IMG/VR virus record: IMGVR_UViG_3300049846_001564
Span: 1 to 52,790 of that record
Reading direction: 5' to 3' (one strand)
Length of the DNA stretch: 52,790 nt
Origin: a virus
Lineage: Duplodnaviria > Caudoviricetes
The translations under genes were made by a program, and so were the position numbers. The notes under the pieces were generated by a model. That model was not told the origin of the DNA, made no database searches, and was given only the letters and a program-made list of their open reading frames with translations. Shown here piece after piece: positions 10,399 to 20,391 of this stretch (position 1 is the first letter of the stretch; every line of letters begins with the position of its first letter).

Positions 10399-10661
10399 TT
10401 TCCTGGTGGTTTACCGGTTTTTAAATTAATAATCATTTTCCCCTCACATACTTCACACTTATGAAATCTCATAGGGCCCAATAAATAATCTTCTACTTCA
10501 CCTCTACCATTACATTTAGGGCACACTTGCCATCCTGGGTGCGCGTCCTGTTGCTGAAAGGTATATAATAATTTAGGATTAGATGGACACGCGGCACAAT
10601 AAATACCATTGTGACCGCATTCCTTTTGTGTCACTTGGCACATTTCAGCTTTTTCTCCCAT
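10395..10661 (-). CDS. small Cys-rich protein with DnaJ-like CxxCxGxG zinc motifs
   Basis: CPKCNGRG, CEVCEGK. Confidence 0.55.
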   Translation of the reverse strand: MGEKAEMCQVTQKECGHNGIYCAACPSNPKLLYTFQQQDAHPGWQVCPKCNGRGEVEDYLLGPMRFHKCEVCEGKMIINLKTGKPPGK

Positions 10662-10662
10662 A

Positions 10663-10800
10663 TTAATTTTTACTTAAATTAGATGTTTTTAATGCTTTTA
10701 ATTCCTTTAAAGAATTAATTATAGCATTAATTATTGGAACATTCATATATTTTTTACAATCTTCCAAAAATTTAATTTGGGAATTTATATCCGTATTCAT
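10663..10800 (-). CDS. small hypothetical protein, 45 aa (not in ORF track)
   Basis: MNTDINSQIKFLEDCKKY...; ATGA overlap with the upstream stop; fills the gap exactly. Confidence 0.55.
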   Translation of the reverse strand: MNTDINSQIKFLEDCKKYMNVPIINAIINSLKELKALKTSNLSKN

Positions 10801-11723
10801 CGTATTCTATTTTCTACGGGACATAAGTCATGCCTATCTTTAAATACACAATATTTACAATGAGATTCGTTATTGCCTGTGATAGCATCATACTTAACAT
10901 CAGTTCGGTACTTCCCATCTGCGTCAAACGCGTAATTAACAAATCCCAATAGCTTCTCATTTACTCTTTTCCGTATTAATTTACCACTTGGTGGCTTAAA
11001 TAATTGAACGCGTTTTTGCGGAAAATCTCCTCCTTCAAATATTTTTCTTTTTAAAATGAAAAATACTACATCAACGGTATCCACAGGTAAACCGAATTGC
11101 TTAGCGAAATACTCTTTATAAATAATTATTTGCGCCTTCTTATTTTCATTCTTTTTATCATCTTCGGACCATCCGCGGGTCGAAGTCTTAAAATCATATA
11201 CTATAATTCTATTTTCAATTTCATCAGAAATAACTATATCAATAAATCCTTTAAGATAAACTGCAGTGCCATCTATTTTTTCTAATAATGGTATTTCAAT
11301 ACCTAATAATTTATGATTTTTAGTTGGGAAGTATTCACCACGATGTTTTTTAATGAAGTCTAAAGTAGCTATACCATCTCTATAAAAAGAATCTAATTCT
11401 AATCTATTCGAAAAATGCACATTGTTATTCTTCTCCAATTCCAATTTATAATTTTCAAATATCCTAGTATATAAATAATTATTTAAATCGATGGAATCGG
11501 CCTTTACTACAGAATCATTAAATGCTACATCTAAATAATGCTGAAGCGTTTCGTGCATACTAGTACCATATATTAAATGTATACTGGGATCATTAGGTTT
11601 TAATTTATCAATATAAGACAATTTCCATTTTAATGGGCACTCATTAAATAATGAAAATTGTGAATATGATATAGTTTTACTTCCCTCAGGTATGGTTCGT
11701 GCTAATCCGAAAATAGTACTCAT
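10797..11723 (-). CDS. PD-(D/E)XK exonuclease, RecB/AddB/Cas4-like with Fe-S staple
   Basis: SYSQ..ECP, GTSMHE, GFID, YDFKTS, Q..Y, C-terminal CKYC..C. Confidence 0.85.
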   Translation of the reverse strand: MSTIFGLARTIPEGSKTISYSQFSLFNECPLKWKLSYIDKLKPNDPSIHLIYGTSMHETLQHYLDVAFNDSVVKADSIDLNNYLYTRIFENYKLELEKNNNVHFSNRLELDSFYRDGIATLDFIKKHRGEYFPTKNHKLLGIEIPLLEKIDGTAVYLKGFIDIVISDEIENRIIVYDFKTSTRGWSEDDKKNENKKAQIIIYKEYFAKQFGLPVDTVDVVFFILKRKIFEGGDFPQKRVQLFKPPSGKLIRKRVNEKLLGFVNYAFDADGKYRTDVKYDAITGNNESHCKYCVFKDRHDLCPVENRIR

Positions 11724-12166
11724 TTTAATATCTTTTTAATTTCCTTTGGATCCACCCCGAATGCCTGCAAAATACTTGTTATATGAGCTTGTGCTTCCTT
11801 CGATAAAAATAGTATATCTAAATACTCTTCGGCTTCTTTAAATGAGCAGACGTAGTATTTAGCTGTATATTCTATTAGTTTAGGGTTGTATTTATCCTCA
11901 CTTTTACCTTTAATATATTTAAAGAAAATTTTCTTTTTTGGTAAAATATCAGAGTATAGTTTATATACTTCCCTAGGCTTTAAAACACTAATAGTATATT
12001 TTTGGTATTCAGCTATAAATTCAGTTAAATCCATATTCATGGATAAAAACCTATTTATCATATAAGCACCGAAAGTTTTTCTATCAGCTTCATCTAAATC
12101 TTCCCATTTAGTTTTCTTATTTGTAATACCGTCTAAATGATCAAATAAGGTTAATTGCTTACTCAT
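11720..12166 (-). CDS. clamp loader small subunit (T4 gp62-like)
   Basis: YMINRFLSM, LPKKKIFFKYIK, YYVCSFKEAEEYL pattern; near the RFC-like subunit and clamp. Confidence 0.65.
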   Translation of the reverse strand: MSKQLTLFDHLDGITNKKTKWEDLDEADRKTFGAYMINRFLSMNMDLTEFIAEYQKYTISVLKPREVYKLYSDILPKKKIFFKYIKGKSEDKYNPKLIEYTAKYYVCSFKEAEEYLDILFLSKEAQAHITSILQAFGVDPKEIKKILK

Positions 12167-12390
12167 ATAGAAGTATTAAACGCACTTAGAAAATCATCAT
12201 GTACAGTATTGCATTTAGAGCAAGCAAACACTGCGATAGGATGGTGCATCACTTTGCCTGTTGGTGACAATAATGCTGATATTTTTTTAATTACATAAAC
12301 CGCCTTAAATGTTTTATTTTGGCATTCATGGCAAGTTAAATCGATAGCATCCTTACTTAGATCTACCGTTACGTTTTGATTTTGATTCAT
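12163..12390 (-). CDS. small Zn-ribbon hypothetical protein
   Basis: CHEC...CSKC. Confidence 0.6.
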   Translation of the reverse strand: MNQNQNVTVDLSKDAIDLTCHECQNKTFKAVYVIKKISALLSPTGKVMHHPIAVFACSKCNTVHDDFLSAFNTSI

Positions 12391-12410
12391 AATTTATTTT
12401 AATTTATTTG

Positions 12411-13550
12411 TTAATTATTTAATGGTGCTTTAATAGCTGGGTGTGATACATAATTTTCTAATTCAAAATTATATATTGAATATGAATCCAACTTTAATCT
12501 TTCTGGATATGGGTTACCATGTTCATATAATGTTTCACTTATAATTAATTTTGGTAACTCAAATGGTTCTCTCGTTATTTGTTCTTTTACTTGATCTAAA
12601 TGATTCAAATATAAATGAGTATCTCCTAAATTGCCTATCAATTCATCAGGTACCATATTAACTTCTTTAGCTAATATTTCAAGCAATAAACCATAGGAAG
12701 CAATGTTAAATGGTAATCCTAAGAATGTATCTACTGAACGCTGATTCCACATTAAAGAGATTGCTCTAGTTGGTATGTTCGTATTATCCATACAATTCTT
12801 ATCAAATTGAACTGTCGCATTACCCCATGCTCGTTTCCATTCTTCTAAATATAATATTCTTCTTTCACTATTACTCAACTCTCTTGTATAAACTTGAAAT
12901 CCATAATGACAAGGTGGAAGAACCATTTGGTCTAGTTCTCCAACATTCCAAGCATTAACCATTAGTCGTCTTGAGTCTGGGTTTGTTTTAAGGTCGTTGA
13001 TTAGGTTTGCGATTTGGTCTATGTAGATAACTTCACTTCCTCCAACCCAATTAACATTTCTTGTTTGAGCAAATCTACCTCCTTTAGGGACTTCTCTGAC
13101 TTGTCTAGTATAAACCTTCTCGCTAAATTTAGCCCAACTTCTCCATTGCTTACCATAAATTGGACCTAATTCACCCCACTTCTTAGCGAACTCATCATCT
13201 GTTTTAATATTTTCAACAAACATTTTTTGAGTCATTCCTGCGGTATTAGGATATGTTTTATGCCACCAAGTTATATAATTCTTATAAGCATCGCCATCCC
13301 ATATATGACAATCATTATCAATTAAATATTTGATATTGGTATCGCCTTTTAAGAACCACAACAATTCAGCTACGATTCCTTTCCAATACATTTTTTTAGT
13401 TGTAATTAAAGGGAATCCCTCAGACATTTTATGTAGTATCTGTTTACCGAATAATGATTTGGTGCCTACACCCGTTCTATCGGTTTTGGTTATTCCGTTA
13501 GATAAAATATCTTGAAGCAAATCAGTATATTGTTTATCTAGATTATTCAT
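12411..13550 (-). CDS. thyA: thymidylate synthase (with insertions)
   Basis: DRTGVGT, GPIYGKQWR, LPPCH, QRSVD..LGLPFN, GDTHLY. Confidence 0.95.
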   Translation of the reverse strand: MNNLDKQYTDLLQDILSNGITKTDRTGVGTKSLFGKQILHKMSEGFPLITTKKMYWKGIVAELLWFLKGDTNIKYLIDNDCHIWDGDAYKNYITWWHKTYPNTAGMTQKMFVENIKTDDEFAKKWGELGPIYGKQWRSWAKFSEKVYTRQVREVPKGGRFAQTRNVNWVGGSEVIYIDQIANLINDLKTNPDSRRLMVNAWNVGELDQMVLPPCHYGFQVYTRELSNSERRILYLEEWKRAWGNATVQFDKNCMDNTNIPTRAISLMWNQRSVDTFLGLPFNIASYGLLLEILAKEVNMVPDELIGNLGDTHLYLNHLDQVKEQITREPFELPKLIISETLYEHGNPYPERLKLDSYSIYNFELENYVSHPAIKAPLNN

Positions 13551-13775
13551 TTATTTTTTATTTTTAATAGGCTGCTCGCATAAGGTTGCAAAAATAAATC
13601 CAGACCCATCAAATATTATTGCCGGGTGACCGTCTTCGGAATAATGTCTTCTTAAATATAATTCAAGTTTATCCATTAATTCATTTGTTAACTGATCATC
13701 TAATAATATTGAATAAATTAATCCTTTAACAGTTAACGTATATGTAGTACTATCCTTTGTTTTTTTCTTTGCCAT
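13551..13775 (-). CDS. hypothetical protein
   Basis: Tightly packed ORF. Confidence 0.55.
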   Translation of the reverse strand: MAKKKTKDSTTYTLTVKGLIYSILLDDQLTNELMDKLELYLRRHYSEDGHPAIIFDGSGFIFATLCEQPIKNKK

Positions 13776-13793
13776 ATTTTTATTTTTTTTTTT

Positions 13794-14369
13794 TTAGTCC
13801 CACCAATGATTACCGAATCGGTTCAATATCTCAAATAATAACCGTCTATTTTTCAATTGTAAATAATAATTGAAACGCACGGCTAAAGAATGTTTCTCAT
13901 CCATTGTCATGTGTGGGTAGTTCAAATATTCCTTTCCTTCTTTAGAATTCATGAATTTCCTAAACGAACTTTTATATTTTTTAAAGTATAAATCGAACCA
14001 TTCTCTCTTAATAAATCGCATACTATTATCATCAACTTCATAATATCCACATAATTCATCAAAATAATAATCGCAGGTTTCCCGTTCCAATAAATTCAGA
14101 ACGACTGTCATCCAATAGTTATCAATTTCAATATTAGTATGTCTATTACCATCAACTAAATATTCTCTTTGGAATTCAATTTTTTTCTTTAGAATCTGCA
14201 AAATATAATATTCATCCCAATCCCTGTCTTTATATACAGTAGGCGCCCAACGAATGATATTGCAGATGCCATCATATACATTAAGGATACGACTCGGAAT
14301 ATAGTCTCGTATCCTAAATCTTTCAAATGCTGAATCATCAGGTATTGGTAATTTGGTGTACACTTTCAT
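13794..14369 (-). CDS. hypothetical phage protein
   Basis: Tightly packed ORF; DRDWD and C-terminal WWD. Confidence 0.6.
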   Translation of the reverse strand: MKVYTKLPIPDDSAFERFRIRDYIPSRILNVYDGICNIIRWAPTVYKDRDWDEYYILQILKKKIEFQREYLVDGNRHTNIEIDNYWMTVVLNLLERETCDYYFDELCGYYEVDDNSMRFIKREWFDLYFKKYKSSFRKFMNSKEGKEYLNYPHMTMDEKHSLAVRFNYYLQLKNRRLLFEILNRFGNHWWD

Positions 14370-14594
14370 TTACTTTTTATTCATTATTTTATAAATACCA
14401 TATACATTTAAGATAATAATAATAGTGCTAAGTCCCAAATGCGGGTATATCTCTCGGATAATATCATATGCTATCCATAACAAATCACCTAAAATCCAAG
14501 TGCCCATAGCTGCCATATACATTTTGTTTGAATTAAACCAATAACCAAACAATACTAACACGGTGGCTACCCATCCGATTATATCAATTTCCAT
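14370..14594 (-). CDS. small 3-TM protein, PnuC/SemiSWEET-like
   Basis: IIGWVAT, WILGDLLW, NVYGIYK. Confidence 0.5.
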   Translation of the reverse strand: MEIDIIGWVATVLVLFGYWFNSNKMYMAAMGTWILGDLLWIAYDIIREIYPHLGLSTIIIILNVYGIYKIMNKK

Positions 14595-15516
14595 TTCCTA
14601 ATTCACTTAAAATTTTAACGAACATGGCGCTAATATGTATTTCCTTATCCACCACAAATGATTCTTGCCATTGTGATTCAGCTATAATCAAAATTAAAGG
14701 AGCAATATGTCCTTGTCCATATGTATCTATTTCATCATATAAAAATTGGTATAATGAAGTAAAATCATTTTGGGATACTTCAGAAAGAATCTTCCGTATT
14801 TCAGTAAATGCTTTCTTCTTATCCGATAATTTCAATAACTCTACCAACTTTAATTGATAATTTGATTCGATAGTTGCTTCTTTATCAATAGTTAAAGTTC
14901 CAGATGTAGATTGTTTTTGCAAACTATTAATGGTTCTTCGGATATCCGGATATGTACTATTAATTACCAATGCTACATCTTCTTTACTATATTCTATACC
15001 TTGCTCATCTAATATATTTACAACCCGAATAGCTACATCTTTTTTACTTGGTGGGGCTATTTTAAATACTTGACATCGGCTTTGTATAGGATCGATAATC
15101 TTTTCTACATAATTACAAGTAATAATAAACCTAGTGTGCTTACTAAATGTTTCCATAGTGTTACGTAGTGCTGCCTGGAAATTGGGTGAAGCATAATCCA
15201 TCTCATCCAATATTACAATTTTAATATCATTAAATCCAACACTAGAAGCAAAGGGTATAATATCAGTTCTGATGAAATCTACACCGCCTTTATCACTGGC
15301 ATTTATATAAATGTAATCACAATTCATTGATTTAACTAAGATCTTAGCTAACGTAGTTTTACCGGACCCGGCTTTACCGCATAATAGTAAATGCGGTATA
15401 TCATTATTATCAATGAAAGATCGCATTTTGGAAACTACCTCTTCATTACCGATATATGAATCCAAATTATCAGGCCTAAATTTTTCAACCCAAAGGGTAT
15501 TGTCTTTTCTAAACAT
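14584..15516 (-). CDS. clamp loader AAA+ subunit (RFC small / T4 gp44-like)
   Basis: LWVEKFRP, GKAGSGKTT, NASD, ILDEMD, SRC motif. Confidence 0.95.
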   Translation of the reverse strand: MFRKDNTLWVEKFRPDNLDSYIGNEEVVSKMRSFIDNNDIPHLLLCGKAGSGKTTLAKILVKSMNCDYIYINASDKGGVDFIRTDIIPFASSVGFNDIKIVILDEMDYASPNFQAALRNTMETFSKHTRFIITCNYVEKIIDPIQSRCQVFKIAPPSKKDVAIRVVNILDEQGIEYSKEDVALVINSTYPDIRRTINSLQKQSTSGTLTIDKEATIESNYQLKLVELLKLSDKKKAFTEIRKILSEVSQNDFTSLYQFLYDEIDTYGQGHIAPLILIIAESQWQESFVVDKEIHISAMFVKILSELGNGN

Positions 15517-15532
15517 ATTTTTTTTTCCAATT

Positions 15533-15561
15533 AAAAAGGGTGAACAATATTGCCCACCCTT
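15533..15561 (-). terminator. intrinsic terminator
   Basis: AGGGTGGGCAA-TA-TTGTTCACCCT hairpin followed by a T-run on the minus strand. Confidence 0.75.
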
Positions 15562-15588
15562 AAATATAGAATAAATTATTCTAATATA

Positions 15589-15807
15589 CTAATTAGATGC
15601 TAAATCAGCTGCTGACATATATGTAGCAGTATTAGTAGATGTCGCTCCAAAATTCATATTACTTATTCCGATACTAGATCCATCACCAACAGTATAATAT
15701 CCTGAATTACCAGTCGTAAATATCGAATCCTTATTAAACGGGGTTCGTATATTAGTAGTGCTAGGTTTCACGATATCTTCTAGTTTAACTCGGCTGTTGG
15801 GTCTTAA
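15589..15807 (-). CDS. putative -1 frameshift extension of 15804..16016
   Basis: Frame is open from the slippery C CCT TTT (15813-15807) to TAG 15589; the track's GTG ORF 15589..15771 lies in this frame. Confidence 0.55.
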   Translation of the reverse strand, partial: LRPNSRVKLEDIVKPSTTNIRTPFNKDSIFTTGNSGYYTVGDGSSIGISNMNFGATSTNTATYMSAADLASN

Positions 15808-16016
15808 AAAGGGCGTACTGCAATTTTGATTTGATCCATGTCATCCTTAGCATACTTCTCAGGAATATCTCGTACTGCAATCATAAATGCTGACTTATCA
15901 TTATTAGCAATAATAGTTTTAGGTGCTACTAAAATTTCAGCTTTCTTACCTTTTTCAGCTTCTTTTTCTGTCGGGATTCGAAATATCGAATACTCAAACA
16001 ATTGTTGTTGTTCCAT
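15804..16016 (-). CDS. small conserved-looking phage protein ending VRPF
   Basis: 70-aa ORF directly after groEL. Confidence 0.7.
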   Translation of the reverse strand: MEQQQLFEYSIFRIPTEKEAEKGKKAEILVAPKTIIANNDKSAFMIAVRDIPEKYAKDDMDQIKIAVRPF

Positions 16017-16042
16017 TGTTGTTTTATTTATTGGTTATTGAA

Positions 16043-17686
16043 TTAATACATCATTTGCGATGCATCGTTATTTTTATTTGTTTCCGGAATTATACTTACA
16101 ACTGCATCAGTAGTTAACATAATACTAGAAATTGATACTGCATTTTCCAATGCTGATCTAGTAACTTTAACTGGGTCTACAATCCCTGCAGTCATAAAAT
16201 CAACTACGGCGTTGCTCCTAAAATCATATCCGATATCACCTAAGAATGTGTCTTTACTTTCATCACTCATAGCATTATCAATTTTATGCATAACTATATA
16301 TGGAACCATGCCCGCATTAGTGCATATCAAATTAAAAGGCTCTTTACAGGCTTCATATACAATACTAGCGCCTATCTTTTTTGATTTAGGCATATTGATA
16401 TTATCAAATTCCAATCCTCGCGCTATGTTATATAGAGTAACACCACCACCTGGTATAATGCCTTCTTCAACAGCAGCACGGGTTGCATGTAACGCATCAT
16501 CCACACGGTCTTTCTTTTCTTTCATTTCTACTTCGGTATGAGCTCCAATATATAAAACTGCAACCCCACCTGACAATTTACCTAATCTAGATTGTAACTT
16601 TTCGATATCAAAATCAGATGAAGCAGTATCAATTTGTTTTTTGATTTCCGCAATCCTATTTTGAATCGCGGTATCATCACCTCTACCATCAACGATTGTT
16701 GTCTTATCTTTAGTTACAGTAACTGTTTTAGCTCTTCCCAATTTGTCTAATCCAACGGTAGACAGCTTAATCATCTTTTGTTCAGATAAATATGTACCGC
16801 CGGTAATGGTAGCTAAGTCTTCCATAACGTGAATTCTTCTATCACCAAATTCCGGAGCTTTTACTGCTACTGTCCGTATAGTTCCTCTTGCTTTATTAAC
16901 TATCAACATAGCTAATGCTTCATCAGCTATATCATCACATACAATAAGTAATGATCCACCCGATGCACTAACCTTTTCTAATATAGGTAGTAGCTCTTTT
17001 ACATTATTTAATTTGCCGCCATACAATAAAATATACGGATCATCCAAAGTAGCTTGCATAGTCGTTTGATCAGTAACAAAATAAGGCGATACAAACCCTC
17101 TTTCAAATTGCATACCTTCTACAATGTCTAAATATGTTTCGGATGTCTTACTTTCCTCTACTGTAATTACACCATCTTTACCAACCTTTTCCATAGCAGT
17201 AGATATAAGCACGCCTATACTATTATCATTATTAGCAGAAATAGTAGCTACATTCTTTATATCTGTATTGGTAGTTACATTAGTTTTGATTTCTTTTAAT
17301 TTAGAAACAATTTGTTTAGTAGCATATTCCATACCTTCTTTAAGTTCAACTGGGTTCGCACCTTGGTTTAATGCTTCCAAACCTTTATTGTATAAAGCCT
17401 GAGCAAGAACGGTAGCAGTAGTTGTACCATCGCCCGCGTCCGTTGCCGTTTTCGCTGCCGCTTCCTTAACCAACTGCGCTCCTATATTTTCAAATGGATC
17501 ACTTAAATTAATTTCTTTTGCTACTGAAACACCGTCTTTTGTTGATACTGGTGCTCCAAAGGACTTTTCTAAAATAACATTTCTACCTGCAGGTCCTAAT
17601 GTAGCACCTACCGTATCGGCTAATTTATTAACACCTACTTGAATTTTAGATCTCGCTTCTTTTTTACTTAAAATTTCTTTCTTCAT
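16043..17686 (-). CDS. groEL: chaperonin GroEL
   Basis: TLGPAGRNV, KDGVSVAKEI, GDGTTT, EGMQF, AAVEEGIIPGGG. Confidence 0.97.
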   Translation of the reverse strand: MKKEILSKKEARSKIQVGVNKLADTVGATLGPAGRNVILEKSFGAPVSTKDGVSVAKEINLSDPFENIGAQLVKEAAAKTATDAGDGTTTATVLAQALYNKGLEALNQGANPVELKEGMEYATKQIVSKLKEIKTNVTTNTDIKNVATISANNDNSIGVLISTAMEKVGKDGVITVEESKTSETYLDIVEGMQFERGFVSPYFVTDQTTMQATLDDPYILLYGGKLNNVKELLPILEKVSASGGSLLIVCDDIADEALAMLIVNKARGTIRTVAVKAPEFGDRRIHVMEDLATITGGTYLSEQKMIKLSTVGLDKLGRAKTVTVTKDKTTIVDGRGDDTAIQNRIAEIKKQIDTASSDFDIEKLQSRLGKLSGGVAVLYIGAHTEVEMKEKKDRVDDALHATRAAVEEGIIPGGGVTLYNIARGLEFDNINMPKSKKIGASIVYEACKEPFNLICTNAGMVPYIVMHKIDNAMSDESKDTFLGDIGYDFRSNAVVDFMTAGIVDPVKVTRSALENAVSISSIMLTTDAVVSIIPETNKNNDASQMMY

Positions 17687-17687
17687 A

Positions 17688-17984
17688 TTATTGTCCCAAA
17701 TTTAAAAATAATTCACTTTCTTTACAAACCAAAAATTCTTCACCATCAATTTCAAAAGTATGGCATCCGTATTTAGGATATATAACCGTATCACCTACTT
17801 TCGTAACAGTAGGCATTAGTTTATTGTCAACTAACGACACTACACCTGGCCCTACAGCTATTACTTTTCCTGGCATTGCTTTTTCTTTTCCTGCATCAGG
17901 AACAATGATCCCCCCTGAGGATATTTCATTTGGCTCAATAGCCTTAATAATTACGCGTTCTCCGTATGGTATTCCTTTAAACAT
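17688..17984 (-). CDS. groES: co-chaperonin GroES
   Basis: SSGGIIVPD, VIAVGPG, KVGDTV; adjacent to groEL. Confidence 0.95.
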   Translation of the reverse strand: MFKGIPYGERVIIKAIEPNEISSGGIIVPDAGKEKAMPGKVIAVGPGVVSLVDNKLMPTVTKVGDTVIYPKYGCHTFEIDGEEFLVCKESELFLNLGQ

Positions 17985-17995
17985 TTTTTTTTAAT

Positions 17996-18715
17996 TTATA
18001 CGTGTGATACTTCAACTAAATAATATGCAACTTCAAAATCAGTTCCTGCACATTTTACTTCCATTAAACCATTATTACTAACATTTACGGAGATAGACTT
18101 AGCATCAGAATTTGCTGATAGAATTTCCTTTAAATAGTTTGAATTAAATGATTTATATTTGATTTCATTATCAAATTTGCCTGACACCGGCAATGTAATT
18201 TTAGTAGTATTATTATTATTTGAATAACCGAAAATTAATTCACTCTTCGCGCTAGTACAATTTAATGTTACGTGGCACAATTCAGGTAAAGCAGATTTAG
18301 CTTTGAAAAATTTAGTTAAGAAATCCTGAGTTACATCCAGGCTAAAATCAAAAGCCGGAATCTGTTTTAATTTTGCTGAAGCTGGAATTACGGATAAATC
18401 AGCTAACACATATGATACTGCAGTGTCTTTATCTTTTAATTCCAAGGATATAGGTTTATCACCTATTTTATTGGTATTAACCGTTACATCCTTATCAAAG
18501 ATGGAAATTAATTTTAACAATTGAGACGTGGTGTATATACCTAATTCTGAATCAGGAATATCTATACCCGTTACCTTCAAAGCACCAATTAAGGTTTTAT
18601 CAGAAGTAACAAAATCTACTGTGGCTTCTTTATTAGATACTACCCACTTTACAGAATCTATATTACCACCTAAATGGTAACGCTGTATCAAATCTATTAA
18701 CTTATTTTTATTCAT
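17996..18715 (-). CDS. DNA sliding clamp (gp45/PCNA-like)
   Basis: 239 aa, LGIY..LL, FNSNYLKEIL, terminal YYLV; replication context. Confidence 0.7.
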   Translation of the reverse strand: MNKNKLIDLIQRYHLGGNIDSVKWVVSNKEATVDFVTSDKTLIGALKVTGIDIPDSELGIYTTSQLLKLISIFDKDVTVNTNKIGDKPISLELKDKDTAVSYVLADLSVIPASAKLKQIPAFDFSLDVTQDFLTKFFKAKSALPELCHVTLNCTSAKSELIFGYSNNNNTTKITLPVSGKFDNEIKYKSFNSNYLKEILSANSDAKSISVNVSNNGLMEVKCAGTDFEVAYYLVEVSHV

Positions 18716-18759
18716 AAAACTTTTTTTTAAATATAACTAAAACTTATTTCTACTACAAA

Positions 18760-19134
18760 TTAATTTACAATATTAACGGTAAATGTTGGATTTGATGCTA
18801 TTATTATATCTTTAATTCTATCATGTACCCAATAATCATGCTTTATTAATAAATCACCGCCGGGCTGTGCTCCATAATTTGACGAAGGAGCGGTAGCTAA
18901 AATATCAGCACCCAGTTCGTATCGTCTTTCCAATTCATTCAATGAAGGTATTGAATCAGTAATTGGTCGTTTTCCATTGTCATACGCGTTTTTAGATTTC
19001 CATAAATGTAATACGACTGATATTGAATTTGCGTCTTGTCGTTTTACTATATCCAACCTAGCGTAAAGTGATCCTTCACCAATGATAATATTATCATCAC
19101 CCGTTGTAAATGTACCCGTAATATTTAATGCCAT
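18760..19134 (-). CDS. hypothetical protein
   Basis: ORF preceded by the ATATTTAT motif. Confidence 0.6.
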   Translation of the reverse strand: MALNITGTFTTGDDNIIIGEGSLYARLDIVKRQDANSISVVLHLWKSKNAYDNGKRPITDSIPSLNELERRYELGADILATAPSSNYGAQPGGDLLIKHDYWVHDRIKDIIIASNPTFTVNIVN

Positions 19135-19155
19135 GTTTCTTTTTTTATATAAATA

Positions 19156-20391
19156 TTAATTAAAATCAAAATGCGAATTTATTGCTTCCGGCTTGCCATC
19201 CGGATTACCAGTTGTCTTTTTATAACCAAATTCACGCATACCAAACATATTATTAAATTTAGAATATACTGGTTTATACTTCTCATAAACCTGAATTGGA
19301 TCATTGCTTTCAAACATTTCTTTCATAGCCTTACAAATATTTACGGCAACTGGATCTACTAAACTTTCCATTAAATCAAAATGAGATTGTTGCAATCTCT
19401 TTATAGTTCGAATAGTATCTAAAAAGATATGCATATTATGATTAGTCATATACATATAACTAGAAGTTTTCCATTCTATAATATCCTTATATGTTCTACC
19501 AGCACATGCTGGGCAATTAACTAACTTACAAGGTAATTCACCATTCTCATTAAAGTTCATATTACGTTCCATATAAGCAGTAACGAATCCGCCATACTTA
19601 TAATCAGCATCGAAATAATACCCACCGTACACAGTCATTAGCGCCGGACTTGATGAGTCGGTTGACACTTGTACTTTACCGCCGGTATAGTCATTTAAGC
19701 ACATCTGCAAATATTCATATAAGAAAAAATCATATAATTTAGACGCACCTAATATATGTAGATAATTATTATTAGGCTTTAAGAACTCTTTATTTTTAAT
19801 CATTAAAGCTAATGAATACATTAAGTTAGTTACATTCCTACAATTACCGAAGGCCCAACCTCTAAAATTAAAATCCTTTACCTTGTTATACCAGTAATTA
19901 TATTCCTGTTCGTTATCACCTTGCAATACAGTTAGATAAGCAGTTTTACCTGATTGGTGTGTTTCAAAGTATTTAAAATTTTCTAAGCTAATATCTAAAC
20001 ATTCATTAAATTTACCTTGTAATGTTACCCTAGGTGGTAAATCTAAGTTCATAGCTATATCAGAATTTTCTTCTAACCAATTAAAAATAGTCTCTTTAAA
20101 AGAAGGATCCCATTGAATAGCACCTGTAGCTAATTGGAATCCACCGCTATCACCCATTACTTGAACAGATGGATCTAAACCCATACGTTGCCTAAAATCC
20201 ATCTTTTTATAATGATGTCCGGCAGTAATTAGAAAATATTTATGCCTCCATTCCTCAGGATATGTATCGGAATAAAATCTACTAGATATACCCGGGGCTA
20301 TCTCCACATCTTTCTGTAGCCAACTTTTACTTGCCCCGGACGATAAACTCGGGAAATATATAAACTTATCGTATGTTGTTGATTGAGCCAT
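19156..20391 (-). CDS. dpdA: TGT-fold guanine transglycosylase, DpdA-like
   Basis: DSGGFQ, LDLPP, VLQG, HILG, TDSSSP, C..C-PAC..H zinc site; folE/queD/queE in the window. Confidence 0.75.
   Translation of the reverse strand: MAQSTTYDKFIYFPSLSSGASKSWLQKDVEIAPGISSRFYSDTYPEEWRHKYFLITAGHHYKKMDFRQRMGLDPSVQVMGDSGGFQLATGAIQWDPSFKETIFNWLEENSDIAMNLDLPPRVTLQGKFNECLDISLENFKYFETHQSGKTAYLTVLQGDNEQEYNYWYNKVKDFNFRGWAFGNCRNVTNLMYSLALMIKNKEFLKPNNNYLHILGASKLYDFFLYEYLQMCLNDYTGGKVQVSTDSSSPALMTVYGGYYFDADYKYGGFVTAYMERNMNFNENGELPCKLVNCPACAGRTYKDIIEWKTSSYMYMTNHNMHIFLDTIRTIKRLQQSHFDLMESLVDPVAVNICKAMKEMFESNDPIQVYEKYKPVYSKFNNMFGMREFGYKKTTGNPDGKPEAINSHFDFN

Noticed and set aside
10797-11723. CRISPR-Cas system suggested by the Cas4-like nuclease
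   Set aside because: No repeat-spacer array or other cas genes seen; replication context fits a standalone phage exonuclease.
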